Below are positions 8,011-17,762 of a stretch of 46,873 nucleotides of DNA, piece by piece; the first letter of the stretch is position 1, and every line of letters starts with the position of its first letter. The notes under the pieces were generated by a model, which did not search any database, was not told the DNA's origin, and was given only the letters and a program-made list of their open reading frames with translations. Origin of the DNA: Opitutales bacterium (GTDB lineage: Bacteria; Verrucomicrobiota; Verrucomicrobiia; Opitutales; JABSRG01); contig JBMYOQ010000030.1 of NCBI GenBank assembly GCA_049599475.1, positions 1 through 46,873 of the forward strand, in the 5' to 3' direction. The position numbers and the translations under genes were made by a program.

Positions 8011-11000
8011 CTACGGTCGCTCGCTGACTTCGAGGCGGAAGAAGCCTTGTTCGCCGGCAGGAGGGGAGGAAAAGTAGTCGTCGAGGATGCTACCGGAGTA
8101 TGCCGGTGTGGATTCTATGACCTGCCAGGGGTCTTCAAGGTTTGCTTTGAATTGGGCCTGATAGTCTATCTCTCCTGGATTGTGGTGCAGGGTGTATATG
8201 AATTCAGAGGCAATCCCGTTAGACTGCATCCCTGGCAGCAGTTGGCCAATCTCGGAATTGGGTTCGACAGGGCTTGTGCCGAGGGCGTATTCCATCAGGT
8301 TGCTGAGTCCATCCAGGTCGAAATCATTGGAGCTGTCGCCGATGTCTGCGCCCCAGACACCGAACCACTGCGTGTAGGGTGATGCGTCTAAGTCGTTGAG
8401 GCCTTGATTGTGGTTGGGGTTGGGGCCTCGGGTGCCTTCGAAAATGGGGTACCACCTGTGTGAACGATGTATTTCAGATTCGTATACATCGTCCGGATCT
8501 TCTTGATAGGCGGTGGCATTGTCTTGAGGTACCCAGGCATCAATGGACGTGAAATAATTATCCATATCTTGTGATAGGGAATCCGCCTTAGCTGTTAATT
8601 CTGGGGTAGTGTTGTTGAGATTATGGAATTCGCCGGGGTCAATTGACAGATCGAAGAGCATGTCGCGATCAGTCATTTTGTAGGCATCGTCGCGTATTTC
8701 TCCGTCCCAGGCACGTAGCAGTTTGTATTTACCTTTCACTACCGCGGACATGGGCATAGAGTTTCGATAATGGGGATAGTGGAAATACAGTGATCGATTC
8801 ACCATTTCTTCGCTGGGGGCAACGCCTTCGAGGAGTCCTTTTAGGCTGATGCCATCCATGTTCTCGAGGTCATCAGCATTGCCGCCTGCCCATTCATAAT
8901 AAGTGGGCAGAAAATCATAGGTGACTGTGTTGAATGGGCTCACGCGGCCGGACTGAACGCCTGGACCTTTGATAATAAGAGGGACGCGGATACCGAGCTG
9001 CCAGAGCATCCATTTATCGCCGTATAGAGGCTGTTTAAAGTCGTCCTTGTTGAAGCTGCGGTCACCGTTGTCGGCGGTGAAGATGATATAGGTATTATCA
9101 TAGATTCCAAGGCTTTCGAGATGCTCCATTAATAAACCTAAGCTCCTGTCGAGATCGTAGATCATGCCGAGGTAGGTCGAGTTATTTGGGTATTCGGAAA
9201 AGAGTGCCTTGGATTCGTCCAAGGATTGGAAGCCGCGGTGGACGGCGTAGTGTGAAAGCTGGATATAAAACGGACGTTTGGCGTCGTGTTGCGTGTCGAT
9301 GAAGTTTATGGTGCGGTTGGTCATCCCGTAGATCTGTTTTGGATTATCGGGATCATTCGGGCTTCCTGCGCTGTTGGTCGTTTCACCGTCTGATTCGACA
9401 TACCCTTCGACTGATGGATGCGAATAGAGGTGCCACTTGCCATAGTGGGCGCACTGGTAGCCGATGGGCGCCATGACTTCTGGAATTGTCGTCACGTTCT
9501 CATCGAAGGGGATCCGAGCTCCGTTCTCGAGAACGGGATATTTTGTCTTTGAGCCGGACTGCACGTGTCGTGTGGTTACACTCGTTGTGACACCTACTCG
9601 ATTGCGCGCTGTACTCTGGCCGGTTTGAAGGGAAGCGCGTGTGGGGGTGCACTGGGGAGCGCTTGAGTAAGCATTCATGAACAGAGTGCCTTCGTCGGCG
9701 AGTCGTTGAAAATTCCAATAGTAGGGCTCGCCGTTTATTTGGAGGCTTTGCAGTTCATCGCGTTTCGAATGAGGCATACGTTCATCCATCGTGACTGGGG
9801 TGTCATACCAAGGCATGTCATCCACGAAAAACAGGATAATGTTTGGCGGACGCCTCCAGTCATACATGAAAGTGTTCTTTATAGCTTCGAAAGGTTCCAG
9901 TTCCAGGAATGTATCATAGATTTGGATGCCTCCGACAATGCCATTGAAATACTGCCCAGCTACGTCGATGCTACCAAGCTCAACCGATCGATTTGTCGCA
10001 AAGTTGGCTGGACTCACTGAAGCAGAACTTGTCGCGAGAGACTTGGAGTCCCAGAGCTCAAGTGTGGATGTATCGGGATTGTAATTAATTGCGGCGATTA
10101 CAGTGTCGCCCGGTTGGACTGTATTTGGGGTGGATGACGATAAGACTGTACTTCCGAGTCTTACCTGGAGATCTCCGGCATGCGTGTATCCGAACTGTAT
10201 ACCGTTTGTGCCGTCGGTGGAATTACCCAGGATATCTGAGAATTGGCCCTCGAGGAGGTCCTCGCATTTAAACGCGATAAATATGGCGAACCCGTCGGCA
10301 CTTGACGACTGGTCGAGCCATGATTCTGATGCGAGTGCGTTGAAGAGCTCTAAGCTGGTGCGTCGCGAGCGGAAGTCTAGGCCTGGGCCACCCGATTGCA
10401 TGAGGCTCTCGCTGGGGTACCAGACTCGATTGCGTTCTTCCAAGGCATGGTTTCCATTGCCCGAGAGGTCGGTCCACTGGGTAACGAGGTCTGCCCCGAT
10501 CACGTTGGCCGGGTCGCTCGCATCGAGATCTTGAATCGGAGATGGCGTGTCAGGCGTTGCGAACACCTCGTTGCTGAGGCTTGTTTCTACCAAGTTGGTG
10601 CCCACTGCGCTGACTGCATAGTAGTAGGTCGTGCCATTTGTGACGTCGGTATCTATGTAGTCGCTTGTGGTCGTTGTATCCAAGAGCGTATCGGCGGTGC
10701 TCACCGGGCTTGATGTAGAACGGTAGACATTGAAATAGTTGAAATTCGCTGATGGGTCGTCATCCCAGTCGAGCCCGACCTGGTTAAACCCCGTATTGGG
10801 CGCTAGGTTGGTAGGAGTGCTCGCATTGCCGAGTTCGACGATATCGAAGACTATATTTGTCAGGCGGACATTGGCGCCTCCGGAGACTTTGGTAACAGCG
10901 ATTTGATCGTCTGGGGAAATAATGAGACTTTCGAAATTGTCAGAACTCCCGAGGAGGGTCTCATTCCGGTAGATAGCGATGTTGCCACCGCTGTTAAGAT

Positions 11001-11430
11001 TCACGTTCTCCAGGATAATTGCGTTGGCGCCGCTGAGCCCTGAAAGATCGCCAAAGGTGAAGATGATTCCTTCTCCACCTTCAATTCCGTTGGAAGTGCT
11101 GGTGCCACCCTGAATTCCGGCGCCTGAACTATTCGCGATGATCTGCGAAGGGGTCCCGCTGGTGAAATCGCTTGGATCGAAATCGGTGTGAAGCCCCTGG
11201 AGGGTGACTGTAAATGAATCGCTTGTGGCGGCGGTAAAAGTGCCTGAGATGCCTGGGCTTGCACCGCCGGAAATGCTTCCGTAGCTCGGGCTCGTATTTG
11301 TGTTGTTGATAGGGAGGGTCCAAGGCCCGGTGCCGCTGCTGTCGGCACGATTGGTAAAGTCGATTACGACTGAGCCCTGTGTGGATAGAGTCAGAGCCAC
11401 GCAGGAGAGGAGAGGGAGGGGGATCTTCAT
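8011..11430 (-). CDS. Secreted modular sulfatase (signal peptide, beta-domain, FN3-like, LamG-like, S1 sulfatase, C-terminal domain)
   Basis: PNIILFFVDD, formylglycine motif CTPTRASLQTG, YGKWHL, FTADNG, LYFHYPHY. FN3-like FNVYRST...YYYAVSAV and LamG-like WTDLSGNGNHA...FNGIVGGIQIY. Confidence 0.92.
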   Translation of the reverse strand: MKIPLPLLSCVALTLSTQGSVVIDFTNRADSSGTGPWTLPINNTNTSPSYGSISGGASPGISGTFTAATSDSFTVTLQGLHTDFDPSDFTSGTPSQIIANSSGAGIQGGTSTSNGIEGGEGIIFTFGDLSGLSGANAIILENVNLNSGGNIAIYRNETLLGSSDNFESLIISPDDQIAVTKVSGGANVRLTNIVFDIVELGNASTPTNLAPNTGFNQVGLDWDDDPSANFNYFNVYRSTSSPVSTADTLLDTTTTSDYIDTDVTNGTTYYYAVSAVGTNLVETSLSNEVFATPDTPSPIQDLDASDPANVIGADLVTQWTDLSGNGNHALEERNRVWYPSESLMQSGGPGLDFRSRRTSLELFNALASESWLDQSSSADGFAIFIAFKCEDLLEGQFSDILGNSTDGTNGIQFGYTHAGDLQVRLGSTVLSSSTPNTVQPGDTVIAAINYNPDTSTLELWDSKSLATSSASVSPANFATNRSVELGSIDVAGQYFNGIVGGIQIYDTFLELEPFEAIKNTFMYDWRRPPNIILFFVDDMPWYDTPVTMDERMPHSKRDELQSLQINGEPYYWNFQRLADEGTLFMNAYSSAPQCTPTRASLQTGQSTARNRVGVTTSVTTRHVQSGSKTKYPVLENGARIPFDENVTTIPEVMAPIGYQCAHYGKWHLYSHPSVEGYVESDGETTNSAGSPNDPDNPKQIYGMTNRTINFIDTQHDAKRPFYIQLSHYAVHRGFQSLDESKALFSEYPNNSTYLGMIYDLDRSLGLLMEHLESLGIYDNTYIIFTADNGDRSFNKDDFKQPLYGDKWMLWQLGIRVPLIIKGPGVQSGRVSPFNTVTYDFLPTYYEWAGGNADDLENMDGISLKGLLEGVAPSEEMVNRSLYFHYPHYRNSMPMSAVVKGKYKLLRAWDGEIRDDAYKMTDRDMLFDLSIDPGEFHNLNNTTPELTAKADSLSQDMDNYFTSIDAWVPQDNATAYQEDPDDVYESEIHRSHRWYPIFEGTRGPNPNHNQGLNDLDASPYTQWFGVWGADIGDSSNDFDLDGLSNLMEYALGTSPVEPNSEIGQLLPGMQSNGIASEFIYTLHHNPGEIDYQAQFKANLEDPWQVIESTPAYSGSILDDYFSSPPAGEQGFFRLEVSERP

Positions 11431-11524
11431 TTAAGGGGTTTGGAGAGTATACCAGATTAGGTTGTTGGATAAAACTAGGGCGATTGCGCAGTGAAGCTCA
11501 TGGACACATGTTCCTGGGCGTCAT

Positions 11525-11631
11525 GGGGGCGAATTCCTGAGGTGATCTGTCTCGGGGTTACAAGGTTTCTCAAAAGTAATTTCGAGCGCTTGCTTCATTC
11601 GGGCTTGTAGCCGCGGCACTCAGCTGCCGCG
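11525..11631. repeat. Cluster of repeat remnants (GGTGAGCC-like motif, MITE-like end, GTAG hairpin)
   Basis: GGTTTCTCAAAAGTAATTTCG at 11564-11584, with 15 bp identical to 30201-30215 on the minus strand. GTAG at 11607 is followed by the stem CGCGGCA/TGCCGCG. Confidence 0.45.
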
Positions 11632-11927
11632 CATTCGAGTCCGCTTAAGTGTGGGTGTCCCAGATGAGTGGGGCGGCTAAAAAAAGCATTGGGAAAAAGA
11701 GCTGATTCCGAAATGTGAACTGCCCTCATTGTCGACAGTTCCCAAAACACATAGTATCGCTATGCAATAAACCCACTCCTTGTATGTAAAATCGCCAAAG
11801 TAAATGGGGTATGTGCCTAGTGCTTATTCTTCAGGAAATGTCCGGAAATGACTGTTTTTCCTTTGTTATCCGATCCGTGGCATGTTTTAGGATAGGACCT
11901 CTGTCATAACACCAGTCTCCCTCTATC

Positions 11928-14900
11928 ATGTTTTTCGAATCTCAATCCGATCTGTTTGGGGTGTCTCCGCGTCTTGCGGATGCTTTTGAAGCCTATGAAT
12001 ATGGCCATTCTCGGCAAGCTCGAGAGCTCATTGAGGGCTTAGATGATGGTGGAAACCCGACGGTTTCTGATCTGTTATTTTATGCGGATGTGGTGCGAGC
12101 GTGTGGAGATGAGTCGCGCTTCCGAGCTGTCGCCAAGTATGCCTACATGCACTACCCGAAGAACCTTTGGGCCAATATTCAATGGGCGCGGGTCACTGCG
12201 ATGCGAGGCTATCCTTTGAAAGCCTATGAACTGTTGGCGAAAATACAGGTGGGCGGGGCTGGTAAGCGGTTGGTTGATTCGTTGCTCGCTAGTAACCTGA
12301 GCCAGATGGGGTGTCGCGATCGATATCAGAAATACGCGCGGCAAGCCGAGGCGGGTGATGATGGATCCGTCATGGACGGACTGGTTGCGTATGAACTTTG
12401 TTACGCGGGAATCTGTGCAAAACATTGGAAGCGGGCAGTCGCTTGGGGCGAAAAGGCGCTGAAATATTTGCCAGCCTGGCCACGTTTGCGGGTGATGTTA
12501 TCGCGGTGTTACTTATCGGTGGGCGAATATGAAAAGGCCGTCAAAGTCTTGGGCGCTGTCATTGATGCAGGAGTGGAGGATGCCACGGCCGAGATGAGCT
12601 ACCTGTTTCTTCAATACGCTGGGTGCGAATGGCAGTCGTTGAAGCCACAAGTCGATCGGTTTAATGAACGCTGGCAAGGTGAGGATTTTAAGGGAAGCCT
12701 CGCCCTTATTATTTTGGCATATGTGTTCATGGGAGAGCTCGAAAAGGCGCGTGAGGCTGCGAAGGGTGATGAGCACTGGTCGGAGATTCTCGAAGCGAAT
12801 GCCCTGACTGAGAAGAACGTTATTTTACCGCTTCCTGCTATTGTCCAGGAGCATGACTTGTGTGTTCCGACTTCGGTGTCATTGGTGTGTGGGTACCACA
12901 AAGAAAATTTTTCTCCCCAGAAGCTCTACCAGCAAATGGATGGTCACGAAGGGACGGCTCTCTGGAAGATGATCGATGTGATGTCTAGCAAGGGGTTCGA
13001 TGTCTATATCATTAACCTAAAAGAGCAGACACTGATTGATCTTATAGACCAGGGGTATCCTATTGTAGTGCCCATATCGGGTCTATTCATGGAGCATGTT
13101 CAGGTGATCTGTGGCTATTCAGGGGCGCTCTCATCGATAGTCGTAAGAGATCCTGCGAACCCCGCCCTGAGCATTACCCAGTTCAAAGATATCGAGAAAG
13201 TGTACGGACCCGCTGGTGGTTATGGAATGCTTTTGATTCCTCCAGCGAATAAGTGGACGTTTAAGTTTGATGATGACTGGGCAAATCCGACGGGGGAAGC
13301 CTTGGTGCAATTGACGCACGCAACTTTCTACGGAGATGTTGAGGATAGCCGGGAGGCATATGAAGCGGTGCCCGAGGAGGATTTATCTGCTCTTAAACGG
13401 GCTCAATATGGGTATGGTGTCGCGATCACAGAGCGGGAGTATTATGAAGAACTAGAACGAATAGCTCAGAACCGGAAGTTCGACCCCGAGACCCGGCTGC
13501 AATGCCTATTACAAGCATTCAACCCTGAACTTACAAAGCGGATTCAAGACGAGGAATCCGAGCTGAAGCCCGAGGAGAGAATCCATTTTTCTGGAACGAC
13601 CGGACGGCTCTTAAATTTTAGAGCTTTAATCGCTGATGGAAAATGGGAAGAAGCCAAGCGTGTCGGAGAATTTTTAATACAAGAAATTAGCGGTCAAAGT
13701 GAGTTGTGGCTAGATCTTGGGCGTGTCTCGATTGAGCTTGGTGATTTTGAGCGTGGTGAAGAGTGTCTGCGATGGGCGGAAGATGTCTCTCCTGTTTCAC
13801 TATGGGTCAAAAATTCCCTACATGCTTATTTTCCTAGCAATCTCACTTATGCCGAGCGTATGGCGGCATACCGAAAGTTTGTTGAAGAATATCCGAATGC
13901 AAACTCGATGGCAGAATCCGAGTTGCCTCTGATTGAGGAGGGGGATGATGGATTGTTACTCGAAAAGAGATACAAAGAGCTTATTCGGAAAAAGCCGCTA
14001 TCATCGCGCTACTACATCAGTCTAGCCAATTGGTATTTGCGGCAGAATCGCGAGGATCTTGCGAAGCGCTTGATTCAGAAATCTCGTGCTTATTTGAGCG
14101 AAGAGGACATGGCTCCGTTCTATTTCGAAGCTTCGGAAGAAGAGCCTTCCGGTGAGCAAGAAGATACGCAGGCTCAGGACGATCTGAAGATTAGCAGCAA
14201 GACTGAGGATGGAGAGTTGCTGCGGGTCGCGCATGATTATCGTAGGGAAAATCCTGATGTGTCGGCGAAAGCGATGCGATTTTTGAGCGAGCGCGTGACT
14301 GCGAGAAGCCTCTTGTGGCAAAACGAAGTAGACTACTACTTCATAAAATACTTGATACATGCTGAGGCATGCGTGAAGGCGAATAAAATGCTCGTAGCGG
14401 AAGGTATTCTGCCGAAACAGCTGCCGGGAGTATTGCCTTTTAATATGAACCGCTTTCTAAATCGATGCGAGGTGGGCTCAATGAATGAAACCGTTGCCCT
14501 ATCGTTAAATCTTTGGGTGGAGAGTCACCGGACGCGGTCTCAGTGGAACGAAGACCTCGAGTTTAACTGTGCATTACTGCTGGAAGATGCAGGGCTTCTT
14601 AATCAAGCGGAGGAGCGCCATCGATCGCTTCTTAAAAAGCGACCAGGCTATTTCGGATCAGCTTATCGCCTTGCATGTATTTGCGATGCGCGGAGTGATG
14701 TGGTGGGGGCTGTTGACGGGTATCAGAAAACGCTGGCGGGCAGCCCGTCGAATACGGGATCGCTAGTGCGTTTGGCAGAGTTGGCTCAGTCGGGGTTTGC
14801 TAAGGTGGATGAAGTGGAGATACGCAAAACTCTGTGTAATATCGATCCTTACGACTTCTCAAAATTTGAGGCATATCTTCTCAGTTTGATCGAAAGTAGT

Positions 14901-16130
14901 CAGGTTGATAAAGCTGAATTGAGGCTTCGGGAAACGGAGTCTCGGTGGTCTGCCTTGCAGTTTAGTGCGTTGTCAGCGCGGATAGCTCTTGAGAATAAAA
15001 ATGCCGCGCTAGCTTTTAAGCAGCTAGCATCGGTTGATGCGGATGAAATCGAAGATGTTGGTCTGAAACGCCATATATTCGTGACTCAATTGGATAGCGC
15101 CTTGGCCATCGGTAGGCGCGATGATGCACAAAATATTCTGAGTCGGGCTTCGTCCGCTTTTCCTGATGATCTCTTTTTCCTTAAGACGAAGGGGGATTTA
15201 CTGTTACATTCGGATTCCAGGGGGGCTGCGGAATTCTATAAGTCGGTTCTCATTGAAAAAGGCATTCATAATATTTTTGTTCAGGGATACCTGAGCGCAA
15301 AAGGCCTGAAGTCGATAAAGCCGATAAAGGAGCTGATCAAAGGCGTCCCTCGTGAAATTGCGGAAGAGGTTGGGGTCTGTGTTATGCAGATTTTAAACTA
15401 CCACAATGAATTGAAGTTAGAGATCAAGTTTCACGAATATATCGACTTTCATTACAAGGATTTCTACTCGATTCGTGAACGTTTCGCGCGAAACCTGTTG
15501 ATGATGGGGGAGAATAAACGCGCGGTAAAAATTGCCAAGGACCTCGCAAAGAGAGACCCCGCAGGGAATTGGGATTACCTCCTCGGATGCTGTATCCAGG
15601 AAGTCGATCCACGAGATTCACTTAAGTATTTTAGAAAGCACTACGAATTGACGGGGTCGATCGACGCCTTGCAGCGCTTGGCTAGAGGTCAGCAATTGTG
15701 CGGTGAGCGTGACGAGGCAAAAGAAGCCTACTTGAAGTGTTATGAGATGAACCCTCTCGACGATTTGGTTATCACTAATTTGGTAGTCTTGGGTGAAAGC
15801 CCATCGCGCTTCTACGATTCCTTTTGCGAGGCGATTGTGCACAAAACTTTTGGGGATCAGTCCGAGTATTTTCTGGTGGATGCAGTGAAGAGCGCGGCAG
15901 AGCTTAGCCGACCCTTACCGCACCGTTGGATAGAATGTGCTGAGGCGCGCTTTGTGCGATTTACACACGAAAAGCCGTTTCTGGATGAAAAGAACGTCTG
16001 GGGGCAGCTATGTTCTACTGGTATTCTGCGCATGGTCAGGCAGACAGAGCTAAACCGTTCAGGAAGTACGCGCGGAGATTCGATAATGGTGCCTGGCCGG
16101 GGGATCGCTGGATACCTGCGCCGCGGCTAA
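11928..16130 (+). CDS. Large TPR-repeat protein with an embedded peptidase C39-like (papain-fold) domain
   Basis: IVQEHDLCVPTS (Q307, C312), EHVQVICGY (H390) and IVVRDP (D408), with TPR-like helical repeats on both sides. No signal peptide. The C-terminus is probably frameshifted (true end about 16138). Confidence 0.85.
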   Translation: MFFESQSDLFGVSPRLADAFEAYEYGHSRQARELIEGLDDGGNPTVSDLLFYADVVRACGDESRFRAVAKYAYMHYPKNLWANIQWARVTAMRGYPLKAYELLAKIQVGGAGKRLVDSLLASNLSQMGCRDRYQKYARQAEAGDDGSVMDGLVAYELCYAGICAKHWKRAVAWGEKALKYLPAWPRLRVMLSRCYLSVGEYEKAVKVLGAVIDAGVEDATAEMSYLFLQYAGCEWQSLKPQVDRFNERWQGEDFKGSLALIILAYVFMGELEKAREAAKGDEHWSEILEANALTEKNVILPLPAIVQEHDLCVPTSVSLVCGYHKENFSPQKLYQQMDGHEGTALWKMIDVMSSKGFDVYIINLKEQTLIDLIDQGYPIVVPISGLFMEHVQVICGYSGALSSIVVRDPANPALSITQFKDIEKVYGPAGGYGMLLIPPANKWTFKFDDDWANPTGEALVQLTHATFYGDVEDSREAYEAVPEEDLSALKRAQYGYGVAITEREYYEELERIAQNRKFDPETRLQCLLQAFNPELTKRIQDEESELKPEERIHFSGTTGRLLNFRALIADGKWEEAKRVGEFLIQEISGQSELWLDLGRVSIELGDFERGEECLRWAEDVSPVSLWVKNSLHAYFPSNLTYAERMAAYRKFVEEYPNANSMAESELPLIEEGDDGLLLEKRYKELIRKKPLSSRYYISLANWYLRQNREDLAKRLIQKSRAYLSEEDMAPFYFEASEEEPSGEQEDTQAQDDLKISSKTEDGELLRVAHDYRRENPDVSAKAMRFLSERVTARSLLWQNEVDYYFIKYLIHAEACVKANKMLVAEGILPKQLPGVLPFNMNRFLNRCEVGSMNETVALSLNLWVESHRTRSQWNEDLEFNCALLLEDAGLLNQAEERHRSLLKKRPGYFGSAYRLACICDARSDVVGAVDGYQKTLAGSPSNTGSLVRLAELAQSGFAKVDEVEIRKTLCNIDPYDFSKFEAYLLSLIESSQVDKAELRLRETESRWSALQFSALSARIALENKNAALAFKQLASVDADEIEDVGLKRHIFVTQLDSALAIGRRDDAQNILSRASSAFPDDLFFLKTKGDLLLHSDSRGAAEFYKSVLIEKGIHNIFVQGYLSAKGLKSIKPIKELIKGVPREIAEEVGVCVMQILNYHNELKLEIKFHEYIDFHYKDFYSIRERFARNLLMMGENKRAVKIAKDLAKRDPAGNWDYLLGCCIQEVDPRDSLKYFRKHYELTGSIDALQRLARGQQLCGERDEAKEAYLKCYEMNPLDDLVITNLVVLGESPSRFYDSFCEAIVHKTFGDQSEYFLVDAVKSAAELSRPLPHRWIECAEARFVRFTHEKPFLDEKNVWGQLCSTGILRMVRQTELNRSGSTRGDSIMVPGRGIAGYLRRG

Positions 16131-16267
16131 GGCGCTAAGGAATCAGCCCTTAAGAATCCCCAACTCATAGTAATTTAGCTTCATTTGGGCGGTGTTTTAG
16201 CGACTTGTGAAGGGCGCTGGAATGTTCGAGTGGTTTGGGATCATTCCCGTGTAGACGCAGTATTACT

Positions 16268-16873
16268 ATGAGAATTCGACTTCTAGGAATCTTTTTGACG
16301 GGCATCTTGAGAAATGTGCTCAGCGCTAGTGATGGCCTATTGATCGGCGCTGAGGAGGGGCTGTTGGTCTTTGAAGCTGAGAATTATAACGTCAAGAATT
16401 ACTCCGGAGAGACCTATTGGGAAGAGGTTTCGAAAGAGTTCCACAATGCTTCCGATCATAGTTATCGCCTGGGATCCTCTGGGGAGGCTTACTTAATCTC
16501 TAGACCATTGGATACCGATATATTGAGAACCAATTATGCCATATTGAGCTACGAGATAGAAATCAAAAAGCCTGGGCGCTACCATGTATGGGCTCGAGGT
16601 CTGGCCGATAGCGAATCCAAGGATTCGATTTTTGTGTGGAAGGGAAAAGGTAAACCAAAAAACAACAGAATTCTCCTCTGGGAAAGTTCTTCCCAGTGGG
16701 CTTGGTCTAACTTTAGCCACAAAAAATCAGAGGTCGTTTACACGTTTGAAGCACCGGGAACCTACACGATCAATTTCTCATTGCGCGAAGGAGGCTTCTG
16801 TTTCGACCGATGGATGCTCGTTCCAGAGCACATAAATAAATATAGCGAGCTCTGGACTGGAGCGCTAGAGTGA
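16268..16873 (+). CDS. Secreted single beta-sandwich, carbohydrate-binding-module-like protein
   Basis: Signal-peptide-like N-terminus, then LVFEAENY, PGRYHVWARG, WAW and GTYTINFSLREGGFCFDRW, a CBM6/35-like pattern. Confidence 0.65.
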   Translation: MRIRLLGIFLTGILRNVLSASDGLLIGAEEGLLVFEAENYNVKNYSGETYWEEVSKEFHNASDHSYRLGSSGEAYLISRPLDTDILRTNYAILSYEIEIKKPGRYHVWARGLADSESKDSIFVWKGKGKPKNNRILLWESSSQWAWSNFSHKKSEVVYTFEAPGTYTINFSLREGGFCFDRWMLVPEHINKYSELWTGALE

Positions 16874-16944
16874 TTGAAACACGGACCGCCCTGACGAAAG
16901 AGAATCCGTAAAAATTTTGGACGTAGGGGCCTTCGGAAAACTGT

Positions 16945-17676
16945 CTAACCGATTACCTGATTCTGTAGGGCGGTGAGTTCAACGATGCCTTTGCGGGAGA
17001 GTGCTACGATCTCGTTGAACTGCTCTTGGCTAAAGGTGGCCTCTTCGCCGGAGCTTTGGAGTTCTACGAACTTACCCGTGCCAGTCATTACGATGTTTGC
17101 GTCTACAGAAGCGTCTTTGTCTTCGATGTAATTGAGATCGAGTACGGCGGTGTCTTGATACACGCCAGCGCTGATTGCGGCCACGCTGTCGACGAATGGG
17201 TCCTGTTTCAGGCGTTTCTCGGCGATGAGTTTCTTTACGGCGATTTTGGCGGCTGCGTAGGCTCCGGTGATCGACGCGGTCCGGGTGCCTCCATCTGCCT
17301 GAAGTACATCGCAGTCGAGCCATAAGGTTTTACCCGGCATTTTCTGGAGATTTACTACGGCACGAATCGAGCGTCCGATGAGTCGTTGGATTTCGACGGT
17401 GCGTCCATCTATTTTACCGCGTGAGATGTCGCGATCTTTGCGATCCAGAGTGGAATAAGGCAGCATTGAATACTCAGCGGTGATCCAGCCTCCAGAGACA
17501 CCTTGCTGCTGCATCCAGCGCGGGACTTTATCTTCGATCGTGGCGGCACAGATTACTTGAGTGTCACCAAAGCGTGCGAGGACCGAGCCGGTCGCGTGGG
17601 GTGCGATTCCCGGCTCGAGGCGAATGTCGCGGAGTTCGTCTTTACTGCGTCCGTCGGGGCGTATGACTTCGAGCAT
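16945..17676 (-). CDS. rph: Ribonuclease PH
   Basis: RPDGR, GWITAEYSMLP, GRTVEIQRLIGRS, DCDVLQADGGTRTASITGA, LDLNYIED. Confidence 0.98.
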   Translation of the reverse strand: MLEVIRPDGRSKDELRDIRLEPGIAPHATGSVLARFGDTQVICAATIEDKVPRWMQQQGVSGGWITAEYSMLPYSTLDRKDRDISRGKIDGRTVEIQRLIGRSIRAVVNLQKMPGKTLWLDCDVLQADGGTRTASITGAYAAAKIAVKKLIAEKRLKQDPFVDSVAAISAGVYQDTAVLDLNYIEDKDASVDANIVMTGTGKFVELQSSGEEATFSQEQFNEIVALSRKGIVELTALQNQVIG

Positions 17677-17762
17677 AATTCTTTTTCGGTGGTAAAAGAA
17701 AACAACCGGACCAAATGGGCCCGGTTGTCGAGATGATAGAAGTAAGATTTTTTGAGATCAGA

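Noticed and set aside
16888..16946. CTGACGA...GAAA hammerhead-like core
   Set aside because: The stem II closing pair and stem III cannot be formed.
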